DNA of 64,000 nucleotides from a virus: the IMG/VR virus record IMGVR_UViG_3300046168_000050; one strand, written 5' to 3'. This document shows, in pieces, positions 44,401 through 54,126 of this stretch. Position 1 is the stretch's first letter, and each line of letters begins with the position of its first letter. Below the pieces are notes generated by a model. The model had not been told where the DNA came from. It saw only the letters and a list, made by a program, of their open reading frames with translations, and did no database searches. The translations under genes were made by a program, and so were the position numbers.

Positions 44401-45047
44401 CTAATTGTCTCTCTAATTATTTTTTTAATTTCTTCATTACCCTTAGCGCCTGTCCAGTGCATAACTTTTATTTTGTCTGGAGTAGTGCCATCTAAAACAT
44501 CTAATCTTAATACATTAAACGCTCTAGGTAGGTCTTTTATATATCTCATTCTATTAAGAGCTTGTCCAACTATAGTGTGAAGTACTTCCTGATCTCCTAC
44601 TATAGGCTTATATGCTACTTCTGTTGCCCATTTGCCTAAAATTGATGGCGTACCTTGAAAAGCTATTACTCCGGAGTTATGCCAGGTTTCACCACGCCTT
44701 TTAGACCACGGAATATCTTCTACCATGCATAGCTTTTCTGGTTCAGTAAAGTTAAATATATTTTCAATGTTTTCTTGAACGTGGCAGTCAGTATCCAACC
44801 AACAAACCTTGTTAGCTGCTAAAGCTGCTTTCATCATAGCAGATGGTTTTTTAAACCACCCTCGATCATTACTATTAAGATGCACACTTAATTCCGGATA
44901 TGGATTATTTTTCATGCCGAAATCATATATCATTAACTCAGCATTTGGATTATGCATTTTAAAATTATTTACAAACCATGGCAATTGCCATTCAGTGATG
45001 TGATCACACCCTGTAATAAAAAGATTAGACGATTTTGTAGCTACCAT
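44397..45047 (-). CDS. GT-A glycosyltransferase (GT8-like)
   Basis: WFKKP, WLDTD (DxD), NSGV, GDQEVL, MHWTG.K. Confidence 0.8.
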   Translation of the reverse strand: MVATKSSNLFITGCDHITEWQLPWFVNNFKMHNPNAELMIYDFGMKNNPYPELSVHLNSNDRGWFKKPSAMMKAALAANKVCWLDTDCHVQENIENIFNFTEPEKLCMVEDIPWSKRRGETWHNSGVIAFQGTPSILGKWATEVAYKPIVGDQEVLHTIVGQALNRMRYIKDLPRAFNVLRLDVLDGTTPDKIKVMHWTGAKGNEEIKKIIRETIR

Positions 45048-45666
45048 TATAATTATGCTTTGCTAGGCATCCCTCTGTTTTTTGTATAGTTGTAAATGTA
45101 TCCCTTGCTTCTACAGGCCAAGGATAATACTCTTCTAGCCACGGAAATACGTCAAGATGTAAAAACACATCTGTTGGCTTTGCTTTTCGCTTAGATTCAT
45201 CAATAAGTCGCTGTGCACCCCACGGGCTCACACGGTAGGCGTGGGCACCAGGGAAATATCTTTTAGATACTAATTTATTTTTACCGAGGAGAGGTGGAAC
45301 ATTAAATCTGCCATAAGAAGGCTTTCCAAAATTTATGCACCCATTAAAAGGCATATTAGGGATATAATCAACCAATACTGCATCATGCTCAAATATAGTA
45401 ACTTCTTCTTTTATTTCTGTACAATGCTTCCATAACGACCAATGCGAGTGAAAAGCAGCCATGCAGTTATCTAAACGCGAATATTTTTCTTTAAATCCTT
45501 CTGGTTCAATACCTGCATCAAAAAGAAATCCATATAGAAGTTCATTAGGAGTTGTAGCTTCCCAATTTTGTATTTCAAAGCCATATCTTTTTCCAGATGT
45601 AATACACCGTGCCGCCGCCTCAACAGACTTTGGCATTTGGGACATAGTAATAACATAATTTTTCAT
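45025..45666 (-). CDS. Glycosyltransferase family 25-like
   Basis: YVIT, SHWSLW..C, IFEHDA, GAHAY.VSP.GA..L.....P.D. Confidence 0.8.
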   Translation of the reverse strand: MKNYVITMSQMPKSVEAAARCITSGKRYGFEIQNWEATTPNELLYGFLFDAGIEPEGFKEKYSRLDNCMAAFHSHWSLWKHCTEIKEEVTIFEHDAVLVDYIPNMPFNGCINFGKPSYGRFNVPPLLGKNKLVSKRYFPGAHAYRVSPWGAQRLIDESKRKAKPTDVFLHLDVFPWLEEYYPWPVEARDTFTTIQKTEGCLAKHNYNGSYKIV

Positions 45667-46355
45667 TGAGTCGTGGTACTCTTTAAATTTTGAATAGTAG
45701 TATAGAATTTACGGGTGACATATAAGTCAGGAAATAATTGTCTGCACATTATGGCATCGTTTGGCCAAAGGCCAAATTCCTCTACAAGCTTAAGCATTCT
45801 AATTGCGCCGCTTGGTTTAATTATATATGCACTATTTCCAGCTAACCCCTGTGGAACATTTTCATTATCTACCTTAGGAGCTAATTGAAACATGTTTTGG
45901 CTGTCAATTACTTTCTGATAAAACACTCTAGCCTTACGTGTACAGCCAAGTGGATTATTAATTCCAATAATATTTCCTTTACATTCACTCGGATTAATAT
46001 TTAGTTTATAAGTAAAACAGGCATCGTGTTCTAATATTAATATTGTTTCGTTGCTTGTGGCGGCTTCAAGCCACAGTGAATAGTGGCTCAGCGCGGCTGC
46101 AACCCTAGCCTTAGGTCTTGCCGTTACATACGCGCGTTTAATTAAGCCTGACGCAAAATCAGTAACTTCTCCGGTCCATGGATAATTCCATTGTAACTTA
46201 AATTTTGAAAGAAGTACATCAGTATTTTCAGGTACTATAGCATTGAATCGATTTATTTCAAAATCGTTCTTGACCCTAAAAGAACTAGTCACCAGGTTTT
46301 TATACCCGTGCTCAGATATATCGTGGTCTCTAATTACTATAGCATAGGCTTTCAT
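45663..46355 (-). CDS. Glycosyltransferase family 25-like
   Basis: SHYSLW, ILEHDA, G.SAYIIKP.GA..ML.......PND. Confidence 0.8.
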   Translation of the reverse strand: MKAYAIVIRDHDISEHGYKNLVTSSFRVKNDFEINRFNAIVPENTDVLLSKFKLQWNYPWTGEVTDFASGLIKRAYVTARPKARVAAALSHYSLWLEAATSNETILILEHDACFTYKLNINPSECKGNIIGINNPLGCTRKARVFYQKVIDSQNMFQLAPKVDNENVPQGLAGNSAYIIKPSGAIRMLKLVEEFGLWPNDAIMCRQLFPDLYVTRKFYTTIQNLKSTTTQ

Positions 46356-46933
46356 GATACTCTTTCTAGTAAAGTATATCCTTCTGCGACTTCATTACGT
46401 TCAATGACTTTAAACGGATACTGATCACAAAACCTAACTAAAGTTTCATACAAAGAACTATTCTGACGACCATTAATAATACTAGTGTCGTGTGCCAAAA
46501 TATATTTTTTAATATTAACTTGATGTGTCATAAGTTCTCTTGACATGTGTTGAGGATGATGATAGCTATCAATTAAAAGAAAATCCACAGGGCCACCAGA
46601 AGATTTTAGATGTGTAGAATCTTGTTCAATTTCTTTTAAAATGATTTTATGTTTCAAGCAAAACTCTTCTGCAATAGGCTGTAAGAATTTTCTATATCTT
46701 GACATATCGTTATCGACTAATACGATTTTCTTTGGTTTAGTAAGTAGGGCCGCAGAAGCCGTACCACCTTGGTGTGTACCTAGCTCCATATAAGAATCGC
46801 ACTCTTTCATTCTTTCTTTAATAACCTCATGGTGATCACAATAATGTTCGCCATGTGCTTCTGTCTGCTGTCTTACAATTTCCTTATGAAACTGCTTTAG
46901 AGTTTTTACGTGCCCTAGTTCAGAATTTATCAT
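46352..46933 (-). CDS. Class I SAM-dependent methyltransferase (Methyltransf_24-like)
   Basis: MELGT.QG.T, VD, DS, DFLLIDS.H....EL....I.AHD. Confidence 0.8.
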   Translation of the reverse strand: MINSELGHVKTLKQFHKEIVRQQTEAHGEHYCDHHEVIKERMKECDSYMELGTHQGGTASAALLTKPKKIVLVDNDMSRYRKFLQPIAEEFCLKHKIILKEIEQDSTHLKSSGGPVDFLLIDSYHHPQHMSRELMTHQVNIKKYILAHDTSIINGRQNSSLYETLVRFCDQYPFKVIERNEVAEGYTLLERVS

Positions 46934-46934
46934 T

Positions 46935-47792
46935 TTATACCTCGTATTTTATAGCGTCAATGCACATATCTTCTAATGATTTATTTTGTTTAAAATATTT
47001 AGATTTGGTAGGAACAGTTGATATGGCAATATCACCGGCTCTGCGAGGCCCTTCAACTACTTCAAAATTAACTCTCGAAACATTGGCCATTGCATCTACA
47101 ACTTCTTTTACTGAATGCCCTTCAGGAGAACCTAAACAATCGATTTCATTTGTAGGTTCGTTCTCGGTTATTCTCATTAAGGAATCGACTATATCTTTGA
47201 CATGCGTATAGTTTCTGACACACGTACCGTCTCTTGTTTCAAAGTCAGTTCCATGAATATACAGCTTATCAAATTTACCATTAACTACAGCAGCTGCTCT
47301 TCTAATGAGATGGCTATATTCATCATCATATTTTGCCATACCATCATTGCCACTTACATTATAGAATCTCACAATACTGCATTTGGGTTTAAATTGTTTT
47401 GCTATTAATTCACCTGCATGTTTTGATCCTGCATATGGATTACTTTGTGGTTCGAAAGCACTGCCAGTTGAACAATAAACAAAATGATCGCATGCTGCAG
47501 CATCGATTACATTCTTAGTTCCGATGACATTAGTCATATAATAGTTATAAGGATCTTTTACTGAATTAGGAACTTTTGTTTGCGCAGCAATATGAATTAC
47601 TTTATCATATGTATCATTATTATTCAGCAGTTTATTTCGAATATCCCAAGGATAAAATTTGTGACAGTACTTAAAAATATCATTCTGTTTAGTATTAAAA
47701 TCTGCAGCTGAAATTGTATGTCCAGCCTCTGCAGCGGTTTTTACAAAATGAGCACCTATATAACCCGTGGCGCCTGTCACAAATAATCTCAT
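46935..47792 (-). CDS. galE: UDP-glucose 4-epimerase
   Basis: VTGATGYIGAH, VP.SV..P..YY..NV.GT, YAGSK (YxxxK), RFYNV.G, T.DGTCVR.Y.HV.D, RRAGD. Confidence 0.9.
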   Translation of the reverse strand: MRLFVTGATGYIGAHFVKTAAEAGHTISAADFNTKQNDIFKYCHKFYPWDIRNKLLNNNDTYDKVIHIAAQTKVPNSVKDPYNYYMTNVIGTKNVIDAAACDHFVYCSTGSAFEPQSNPYAGSKHAGELIAKQFKPKCSIVRFYNVSGNDGMAKYDDEYSHLIRRAAAVVNGKFDKLYIHGTDFETRDGTCVRNYTHVKDIVDSLMRITENEPTNEIDCLGSPEGHSVKEVVDAMANVSRVNFEVVEGPRRAGDIAISTVPTKSKYFKQNKSLEDMCIDAIKYEV

Positions 47793-47795
47793 AGT

Positions 47796-48614
47796 TTATC
47801 CTTCATTAGGCCAGTTTTTATTTACTGGCAAATTCCATTCATTAACAGGACTATTAGTAATCTGCCATAGAGCTTCTTCTGGCCAGTCATCGGCTGTGCG
47901 GAACATAATATGTACTAGCTTTGCATTATCTGGCCTGTTATCACCAATTTTGGCCACAGGATGAGACCCTACTTTGTGCATATAACAATTCCATTCGTTA
48001 GGCATACGCATTAACTTAAAATTAGGAAGATGAATAAAGGCTGAAAAGTAATCTTGAAAGAGCCTATAGAACCTAGGAAATTGGCCCATTTTATCTACGT
48101 AGTCTTGAAATGACGGCCAATCCTTTTTCATCTTTTGCAATCCAGCTTTTGATATTACTACTACGCCAGTATTAAATACTTCTGGTCTACCTTCTTTATC
48201 ATAAGAATATTTTATGCCCCAAGTGTCTGCGCAGGTTCTAGCCCATACTTTATCTACTGCGCTTGTAATTCCACCAGAATTATAAATTGTTCTAAAGAAA
48301 GGTTGCTTAGGTTCAGTGCAAATACCCGCGTCTTCGCCATTAAGCATAAACAAATTATCTGATAATCCTTCTACAGGAAACACATCAATATCTATTAATG
48401 CCACATTATCATACTGATCAAATTCAGCGCTCACTAATGGATTAGCAGGTTCATAATATATTGGTACATTTACTACTTTACTGGCGATAGTAACATTATG
48501 GTCAAACTTATATGCAGCTCCAATTTTATCTGCATATGCTTTCATTAGTTTAGTACTAGCTAATACCCCAGGTTTTAAAGGTCCTTGCCAATATTGGTAA
48601 ATCATGTTTTTCAT
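47796..48614 (-). CDS. GT-A glycosyltransferase
   Basis: IYQY, YA..IGA.Y, IDID (DxD), FNTGVV, Q..F, WN, H. Confidence 0.7.
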   Translation of the reverse strand: MKNMIYQYWQGPLKPGVLASTKLMKAYADKIGAAYKFDHNVTIASKVVNVPIYYEPANPLVSAEFDQYDNVALIDIDVFPVEGLSDNLFMLNGEDAGICTEPKQPFFRTIYNSGGITSAVDKVWARTCADTWGIKYSYDKEGRPEVFNTGVVVISKAGLQKMKKDWPSFQDYVDKMGQFPRFYRLFQDYFSAFIHLPNFKLMRMPNEWNCYMHKVGSHPVAKIGDNRPDNAKLVHIMFRTADDWPEEALWQITNSPVNEWNLPVNKNWPNEG

Positions 48615-49618
48615 TTTTTATCCTTAAATCGTTTTGCTATAGCCAATGAAGAATTTATAGCTTGATGCATATCTAAGTATGCATATAATCCACAGCGACC
48701 TATAAATGTCATATTCTTAGATTGAAGTTTTTTATATTTTTCGTAAATCTTTTTATTTTTATTATCAGCATCTTTTACTGGATAATATCTTTCTAAATTA
48801 TTTTCAAGATAATCACATGGCTCTTCAAACGTAAGCGTTGTCATATACTTATTGTCACCATGACATGGTATATTTTTCCATTCTGTAACTCTGGTCTTAG
48901 GTCCGTGATGAGTAAAATTGACAACTGCAGTTGGTAATGCTTTTGGTATAGGTAGACTTATTGTCTCAAATTTAATAGAACGATAAGGTAGCTTTCCATA
49001 TTTAAATTCATAATACTCATCTATGGGCATAGAGTTAAACACATGATCATATTCTTTCTCTAATGATTTATTAAAATGCACTTTAAGATCAACTGTGATA
49101 TTATGGTGATAAAGAATATTCTTAACCATTTCTGTATAGCCAAGCCGAGGCATATACTGTATTTTATCATCTGGAAAGTATAATTCGTTGTCGTCATCTC
49201 TTATAGGTACACGATTAATAATATCCGGATTAAGTTTATCTAACTCTACTCCCCACATCTTTTTAGTATAAGGTCTGAAGAATACATCTAAGACGTTTTC
49301 TTCACCTACTATATCTTTTGTTTCTTTATTAACAGGCAACGTTACGTATTGGCCGTCTGCTAATTGGGCCTTTACTTTGTGTCTATATTCAACCCAATCG
49401 GTAAATCTAGACAGCCATTCAAAAACTGTTTTATTATTAGTATGAAATAGGTGTGGACCGTACTTATGAACTCTTATACCGTGTTCGTTATTGTAATCAT
49501 AGGCGTTGCCGGCAACGTGATCACGGCGGTCAATTACGTGAACACTGTGGCCGCTATCAGCCAGTTCTCTAGCTATAGTAACTCCAGATAATCCAGCACC
49601 TACCACTAATATTTTCAT
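48611..49618 (-). CDS. glf: UDP-galactopyranose mutase
   Basis: VGAGLSG, GNAYD, HKYGPHLFHTN, YT.K.WG, LPYRS, RYYPV, GR.G.Y.Y.DM. Confidence 0.93.
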   Translation of the reverse strand: MKILVVGAGLSGVTIARELADSGHSVHVIDRRDHVAGNAYDYNNEHGIRVHKYGPHLFHTNNKTVFEWLSRFTDWVEYRHKVKAQLADGQYVTLPVNKETKDIVGEENVLDVFFRPYTKKMWGVELDKLNPDIINRVPIRDDDNELYFPDDKIQYMPRLGYTEMVKNILYHHNITVDLKVHFNKSLEKEYDHVFNSMPIDEYYEFKYGKLPYRSIKFETISLPIPKALPTAVVNFTHHGPKTRVTEWKNIPCHGDNKYMTTLTFEEPCDYLENNLERYYPVKDADNKNKKIYEKYKKLQSKNMTFIGRCGLYAYLDMHQAINSSLAIAKRFKDKK

Positions 49619-50286
49619 AATATACCTTTGTCAACCAGTGCCTGATAGTTTTCTATTTTCTCGCGTTTTGGCCCCTGGGGTGTAATCTTAGTTCTTACAT
49701 GAATAAACCCTGCGGTTTGAGGGCTAGGAAGGAAACTGCACTGACACCATCTTCTGTGAAGATAAGGTTTCTTTGGAGTAAAGCCAGACTTAACGGCTAA
49801 AGTGTGAATGATGCCTTCATCTTCATAATTATAAAGTTTATTATATGGATGCATCCAAGCTTCATTGCCGCCTAATTCAGATCTAAGCTTAACTCTCATA
49901 TCCTTTGAAAATTTGTAAATAGCTCCACCCCAATAAGGATATAAAAGACTAGCGTACATGGGATATGAAGCAGCCAGTCTATGGTGTAGCCTATGCTGCA
50001 CCTCTTCATATAGGCCAATACCAGATTCTTCAAATATATTAGTAGTCATATTCTTCGGGGCAAACATATCAATGTCAAGCATTAGCACATCATCATAGTC
50101 ATCAAACTCTTCATGAAGCATATGAACTTTTTGACAAGGTGATGTAAGATGCTTTCGAAAAGGTTTACCTGTGATTAGTTTATAATCTGCATTTACTAGC
50201 TTAGCATATTCCTGAATATTAGCCATAGACAGTTTATCGAGCTCTCTTAACTCACCGTCAAAATGCTGTAGAATAATATTTACCAT
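49615..50286 (-). CDS. GT-A glycosyltransferase
   Basis: YA....ADY, QK, LMLDID (DxD), DEG..H, H.R. Confidence 0.7.
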   Translation of the reverse strand: MVNIILQHFDGELRELDKLSMANIQEYAKLVNADYKLITGKPFRKHLTSPCQKVHMLHEEFDDYDDVLMLDIDMFAPKNMTTNIFEESGIGLYEEVQHRLHHRLAASYPMYASLLYPYWGGAIYKFSKDMRVKLRSELGGNEAWMHPYNKLYNYEDEGIIHTLAVKSGFTPKKPYLHRRWCQCSFLPSPQTAGFIHVRTKITPQGPKREKIENYQALVDKGIL

Positions 50287-50885
50287 GGTTTTGAAGCTTC
50301 TACTACTGCAGAATGAAATGCTCTAACTGTACCAGGCGTGTCGATATTATTAAATGGAGCTAATCCACTTTTTTGATATAGACATTCCTTAACGTTAATG
50401 TATCCTAGTTCTTTTAAAGATTCAATAAGTTCGGTCTTACGCCAAATGTGTTTATGTTCACCATTTTGCCACATAATACCTTCTGCGCACTGATCTTGTA
50501 TGCGCATGCTCCGTGTATTTTTAGGTGCAAAGTTATGTTTGACAACATAGAAGTTATAATAGTGTTGAACCCAAGAATGATTTTCTAAACTATTTTCTTG
50601 TCTTAGCCATTCTACAAATTCCATAGGTGGCCAGATAGATCTAATAATTCCACCTGGTTTCATTATACGAAACATTTCTTTGAAGTAATTTATGCCTTCT
50701 TCTTTTGTGAGATGTTCAATAAAGTGTTCGCTATAAACGCCATTATACGTATTATCTGAAATACCTCTCATAGGCAGATCTGTTAGATCATATTTTTCTA
50801 CACCATTAGCAGGATCTGCAACGTCTCTAACTGCATCCCAATTTAAATCACGTTTACGACTAGCAGCAATTTCTAAAAATCTCAT
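50280..50885 (-). CDS. SAM-dependent methyltransferase (Methyltransf_11-like)
   Basis: YSEHFIEHL......F.E..R.MKPGG.IR...P. Confidence 0.8.
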   Translation of the reverse strand: MRFLEIAASRKRDLNWDAVRDVADPANGVEKYDLTDLPMRGISDNTYNGVYSEHFIEHLTKEEGINYFKEMFRIMKPGGIIRSIWPPMEFVEWLRQENSLENHSWVQHYYNFYVVKHNFAPKNTRSMRIQDQCAEGIMWQNGEHKHIWRKTELIESLKELGYINVKECLYQKSGLAPFNNIDTPGTVRAFHSAVVEASKPW

Positions 50886-50886
50886 A

Positions 50887-51681
50887 CTATATCCCTACTA
50901 ATTTTGCTAGTTCTTCAATGTTCTCGCCTTCCATAGGCAGAACAGTTTTATGAAAGAAGTGAATAAAGTGCGCTTCATGGAGTTTATCGTTAGGAACAGC
51001 ATTATACAGTCCGTTCCATTTCCAATCTAAATTCTTAGTACGCATTTTTTCTTCTTTAATCCATGTATTAAGAAGAGTCTGGTCTGTTGACCATTTCCAT
51101 GCGCCGATTCCATCGATGAACGGCTTAAATCGTGGTCGTCTTAAAAACTGTGCAGGTGTTTCTCCGTTTAGATATTTACCCATAGATTTATTCATGAGCA
51201 TCATTCCCATATTGTAGAATTCAGCACCTTTGTTATTCCATTTCCAATCTACGTTTTTAATATTACCATACTGCATACGAGAATAATTAGTTATTTTAGA
51301 AACATAACGATCATTAAGAGGCATTTCTCTTTCAACAACGCCGGCAAAATCATAGTCATTATTAATTTCATTAAAAATATCAGGCGCTGAATCCCTAATA
51401 AAAATATCGCCATCAATTAATGCTATTTTGTCATACGATTTAAAATATGCAAATGCGTTTTCTTTCTCATAAATGGGAAGAAAGCCGCCATATTTCATAT
51501 ATGATTCATTTGATCTATTTGTTTGAAAAACATCTGGCTTAATCATGAGTATAGGTTGCCGCTGCACAATATAATCAGCGCCAATTCTATCAGCATATTT
51601 TTTTACTGAAGCAGTACAAAAATCATATAATTTTTTACGTTTGCCGGTATACACCTGGTAAATTAGTTTTTTCATTTTCAT
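50887..51681 (-). CDS. GT-A glycosyltransferase (GT8-like)
   Basis: IYQVY, YA.RIGADY, EK, IDGD (DxD), YN.G, DQ.LLN, WN, FIHF. Confidence 0.8.
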   Translation of the reverse strand: MKMKKLIYQVYTGKRKKLYDFCTASVKKYADRIGADYIVQRQPILMIKPDVFQTNRSNESYMKYGGFLPIYEKENAFAYFKSYDKIALIDGDIFIRDSAPDIFNEINNDYDFAGVVEREMPLNDRYVSKITNYSRMQYGNIKNVDWKWNNKGAEFYNMGMMLMNKSMGKYLNGETPAQFLRRPRFKPFIDGIGAWKWSTDQTLLNTWIKEEKMRTKNLDWKWNGLYNAVPNDKLHEAHFIHFFHKTVLPMEGENIEELAKLVGI

Positions 51682-51892
51682 AACTCTCTAAAATCTTTTT
51701 AGCTAGATCCATAGCTTCATCAAATCGTTTTCTAAATCGATTCTTTTTAGCACTATGATTCACAAAATAATATAAACTATCTATATCACCAGTATATGTG
51801 GGTAAATCATAGGTCTTCCTAAAACCTACTATTTCTTCATACTGGTATCGATCGGAAAGAAGTTCAGCCAACGATATATTCATACAGATCAC
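51635..51892 (-). CDS. Hypothetical protein
   Basis: Overlapping operonic ORF. Confidence 0.55.
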   Translation of the reverse strand: MICMNISLAELLSDRYQYEEIVGFRKTYDLPTYTGDIDSLYYFVNHSAKKNRFRKRFDEAMDLAKKILESYENEKTNLPGVYRQT

Positions 51893-52451
51893 TCCAGCTA
51901 GCCATTAAAGGGAATTTACTATTTGTCATATTATGACCGTGTTCAATCAAAACACTTTCTAAACCAAGCGTATCGCCGAGTTCAGCGTTTTCAACTTTGT
52001 CTTCTATCCACAAAAGACCAGAAGCTCTGTAAGGTTCTAGAACCTCGTCTTTATCAGCTCCAGTATCACAGAAGATAAACTTTTCGAATGCAGTTTCACC
52101 GAATAGCTTTTTAGTATTTTGAATACGAAGAGCTTGAGCGTTATGATCAAGCGATAGAGAAGTAATCATATGAAAGACATAACCATGCTTACGATGTAGC
52201 AGGTCAACATAATGCATAGCATCACGTAATGGAGGAAGAAATCCAATAGCAGCTGATTCATTAAAAAACTTAACTAGTCTTTTCTTTTCAGCATTAGTTA
52301 GTCCGTAACGATCACCCATATCATAATGGCCTGGACCGCTTGCAGTCATTTCATAGCCATGAGCTTGCATCCACGTATTAAATGCATATTCCCAATTCAT
52401 CAGTACTCCGTCACAATCTGTGAGGATTACTTTATTCAAATTATCAATCAT
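51864..52451 (-). CDS. HAD-family phosphatase (T4 gp30.2-like 5'-nucleotidase)
   Basis: ILTDCDGVL (DxDGV), ITS, K, WIEDK..N. Confidence 0.85.
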   Translation of the reverse strand: MIDNLNKVILTDCDGVLMNWEYAFNTWMQAHGYEMTASGPGHYDMGDRYGLTNAEKKRLVKFFNESAAIGFLPPLRDAMHYVDLLHRKHGYVFHMITSLSLDHNAQALRIQNTKKLFGETAFEKFIFCDTGADKDEVLEPYRASGLLWIEDKVENAELGDTLGLESVLIEHGHNMTNSKFPLMASWSDLYEYIVG

Positions 52452-52475
52452 ATATTTCTCCTTAATTATAGTATT

Positions 52476-52535
52476 ATTCTACACTATAATTAAGGAAATG
52501 TACATCTTTTTGTTTGCAATAAAAACAATAACTTA
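52476..52535 (-). promoter_or_regulatory. Early-type promoter TGTACA-N17-TAGAAT with IHF-like box
   Basis: -10 at 52481-52476, -35 at 52504-52499; AAACAAtaacTTA at 52523-52535. Confidence 0.75.
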
Positions 52536-52715
52536 GCCATTTAATTGTTGAGGCTCGTCATCAATATAATCGTCTTCATATAAAACTTCGCGCAATAGTA
52601 CTTGCGAATCGTCCATTTGATCAGTTTCACGGATTCTGTTATCTTTATTAAGCGAATGCTTTTTATTACGATCTTTCTTTTTATTGCGAGGATCGTATCT
52701 CCCAAATTTAGCCAT
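52533..52715 (-). CDS. Hypothetical protein (basic N-half, acidic C-half)
   Basis: MAKFGRYDPRNKKK; SD GGAGG. Confidence 0.6.
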   Translation of the reverse strand: MAKFGRYDPRNKKKDRNKKHSLNKDNRIRETDQMDDSQVLLREVLYEDDYIDDEPQQLNG

Positions 52716-52990
52716 TAGAAACCTCCTTGGCCATATTCTCTACTGTTTTCAATTGCAGTGATTAAATCACTATAACCACCAATGTGTTTACCATTCCACC
52801 AAATTTGAGGAACAGTCTTAATAGCAACATTATCTTTTATTGCTAATTCTTGTAATTCTGCATAGGCATCCTGGCCAGAAAATCTATCGTCAAGGCTTTT
52901 GTAAATATACGCTAATTCATACTGAGTGCATACTTCTACGGCTCTGTCGCACCAGTTGCAAAATTCTTTTCCATATATTACTACGCTCAT
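52715..52990 (-). CDS. Glutaredoxin
   Basis: IYGK..CNWC, TVPQI, IGGY. Confidence 0.9.
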   Translation of the reverse strand: MSVVIYGKEFCNWCDRAVEVCTQYELAYIYKSLDDRFSGQDAYAELQELAIKDNVAIKTVPQIWWNGKHIGGYSDLITAIENSREYGQGGF

Positions 52991-53689
52991 TTAATATCCT
53001 AACATTTCTTTTGTCATTATATAGTCTCGCACAAAGTCACTTCTGACAATGTCTTCCCAGCCAAAGTTTACCATAGTAAAATTTTTGAGTTGTTCTACAA
53101 TATTTAAAAAACTCATGATGCCATCACGCTCATCTTGAAATTTAAAGTCCGATTGTTTATAATCACCACAAAATATAATCTTGCTATTTTTTCCAACTCT
53201 AGTTATGATAGAGTCTAATTCATGAAAAGTCAAGTTTTGCATTTCATCTACAAGCATAATACAATTATCAAACGTTGAGCCTCTAATAAACGAGGTTGAC
53301 ATAAATTCTATTTGTTTACCTGTAACCATTTTGTTATATGATGCCACATCACCAAAGAACTCATTTGCGATTGCTTTATATGGTAGTATGTATGATTGTT
53401 CTTTTTCCTCTTTAGACCCCGGTAGAAATCCCATGTCTCTGGTCGGCACCATAGATCTTATAATAAACAATTTATCGTATTCTGTTTCTTTATCTAACAC
53501 ATCTTCTAGAGCCAGATACATTCCAATAAAAGTTTTACCGGTACCGGCAGATCCAGATAATACTAAATTATCCCCTTCATCCCACGCCTGATATGCGATT
53601 TCTTGGTTCTTGGTTACCGGCTCAAATTGGAGAAGATCGTCCAAGCGAACCGTCATGGAATTATTTCCAGATTTGCTGCGAGCTCTCAT
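52991..53689 (-). CDS. phoH: PhoH-like ATPase
   Basis: GSAGTGKT, GFLPG, RG.TF, VDE.QN, TRVG, GD..Q.D, DIVRS. Confidence 0.95.
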   Translation of the reverse strand: MRARSKSGNNSMTVRLDDLLQFEPVTKNQEIAYQAWDEGDNLVLSGSAGTGKTFIGMYLALEDVLDKETEYDKLFIIRSMVPTRDMGFLPGSKEEKEQSYILPYKAIANEFFGDVASYNKMVTGKQIEFMSTSFIRGSTFDNCIMLVDEMQNLTFHELDSIITRVGKNSKIIFCGDYKQSDFKFQDERDGIMSFLNIVEQLKNFTMVNFGWEDIVRSDFVRDYIMTKEMLGY

Positions 53690-53919
53690 TATACGTTAAT
53701 AGTATTACTTTTTGCAGACCCGGCTTTAACCCTCCTAAGAGTATCTTTCCAGCCGTCGTCCGTTTTACTCAACGTACTTCCTGACTGTGATACAATTCTT
53801 GGAGTAATAAGTTTTTGTTTGTATTTACCGTCTTTAAGAAATTCATCTCTTTCAGACAGGCTCATAACAGAAGTAGTTTCTTCTTCTGTTTCTACATTAA
53901 TAAAGGTATATGTTGGCAT
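53689..53919 (-). CDS. FmdB-like small protein (Cys-less)
   Basis: MPTY.F....T.E......S..E......P.......G..D.L..VK. Confidence 0.65.
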   Translation of the reverse strand: MPTYTFINVETEEETTSVMSLSERDEFLKDGKYKQKLITPRIVSQSGSTLSKTDDGWKDTLRRVKAGSAKSNTINV

Positions 53920-53956
53920 GGTATATTTGGGGGGGACACAGTCCCCCCGATCCTTT

Positions 53957-54109
53957 CTACGAAGCTGCTTGTAATCTTGATTCTAAAAATTGTTGTTTAC
54001 GTTTGAGTTTTGATACGAGGTCTATATTACCCTTCTTTTTAACTTTATTAATATAATTTGTCAGTTCTGCCAAATCGTTACGAAGTCTATCAAATTGGAT
54101 TTTACTCAA
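53957..54109 (-). CDS. 50-aa hypothetical protein (not in ORF track)
   Basis: TTG start with SD AAGGAG; MSKIQFDRLRNDL...KLKRKQQFLESRLQAAS. Confidence 0.55.
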   Translation of the reverse strand: MSKIQFDRLRNDLAELTNYINKVKKKGNIDLVSKLKRKQQFLESRLQAAS

Positions 54110-54126
54110 ATCGTTCTCCTTATATT

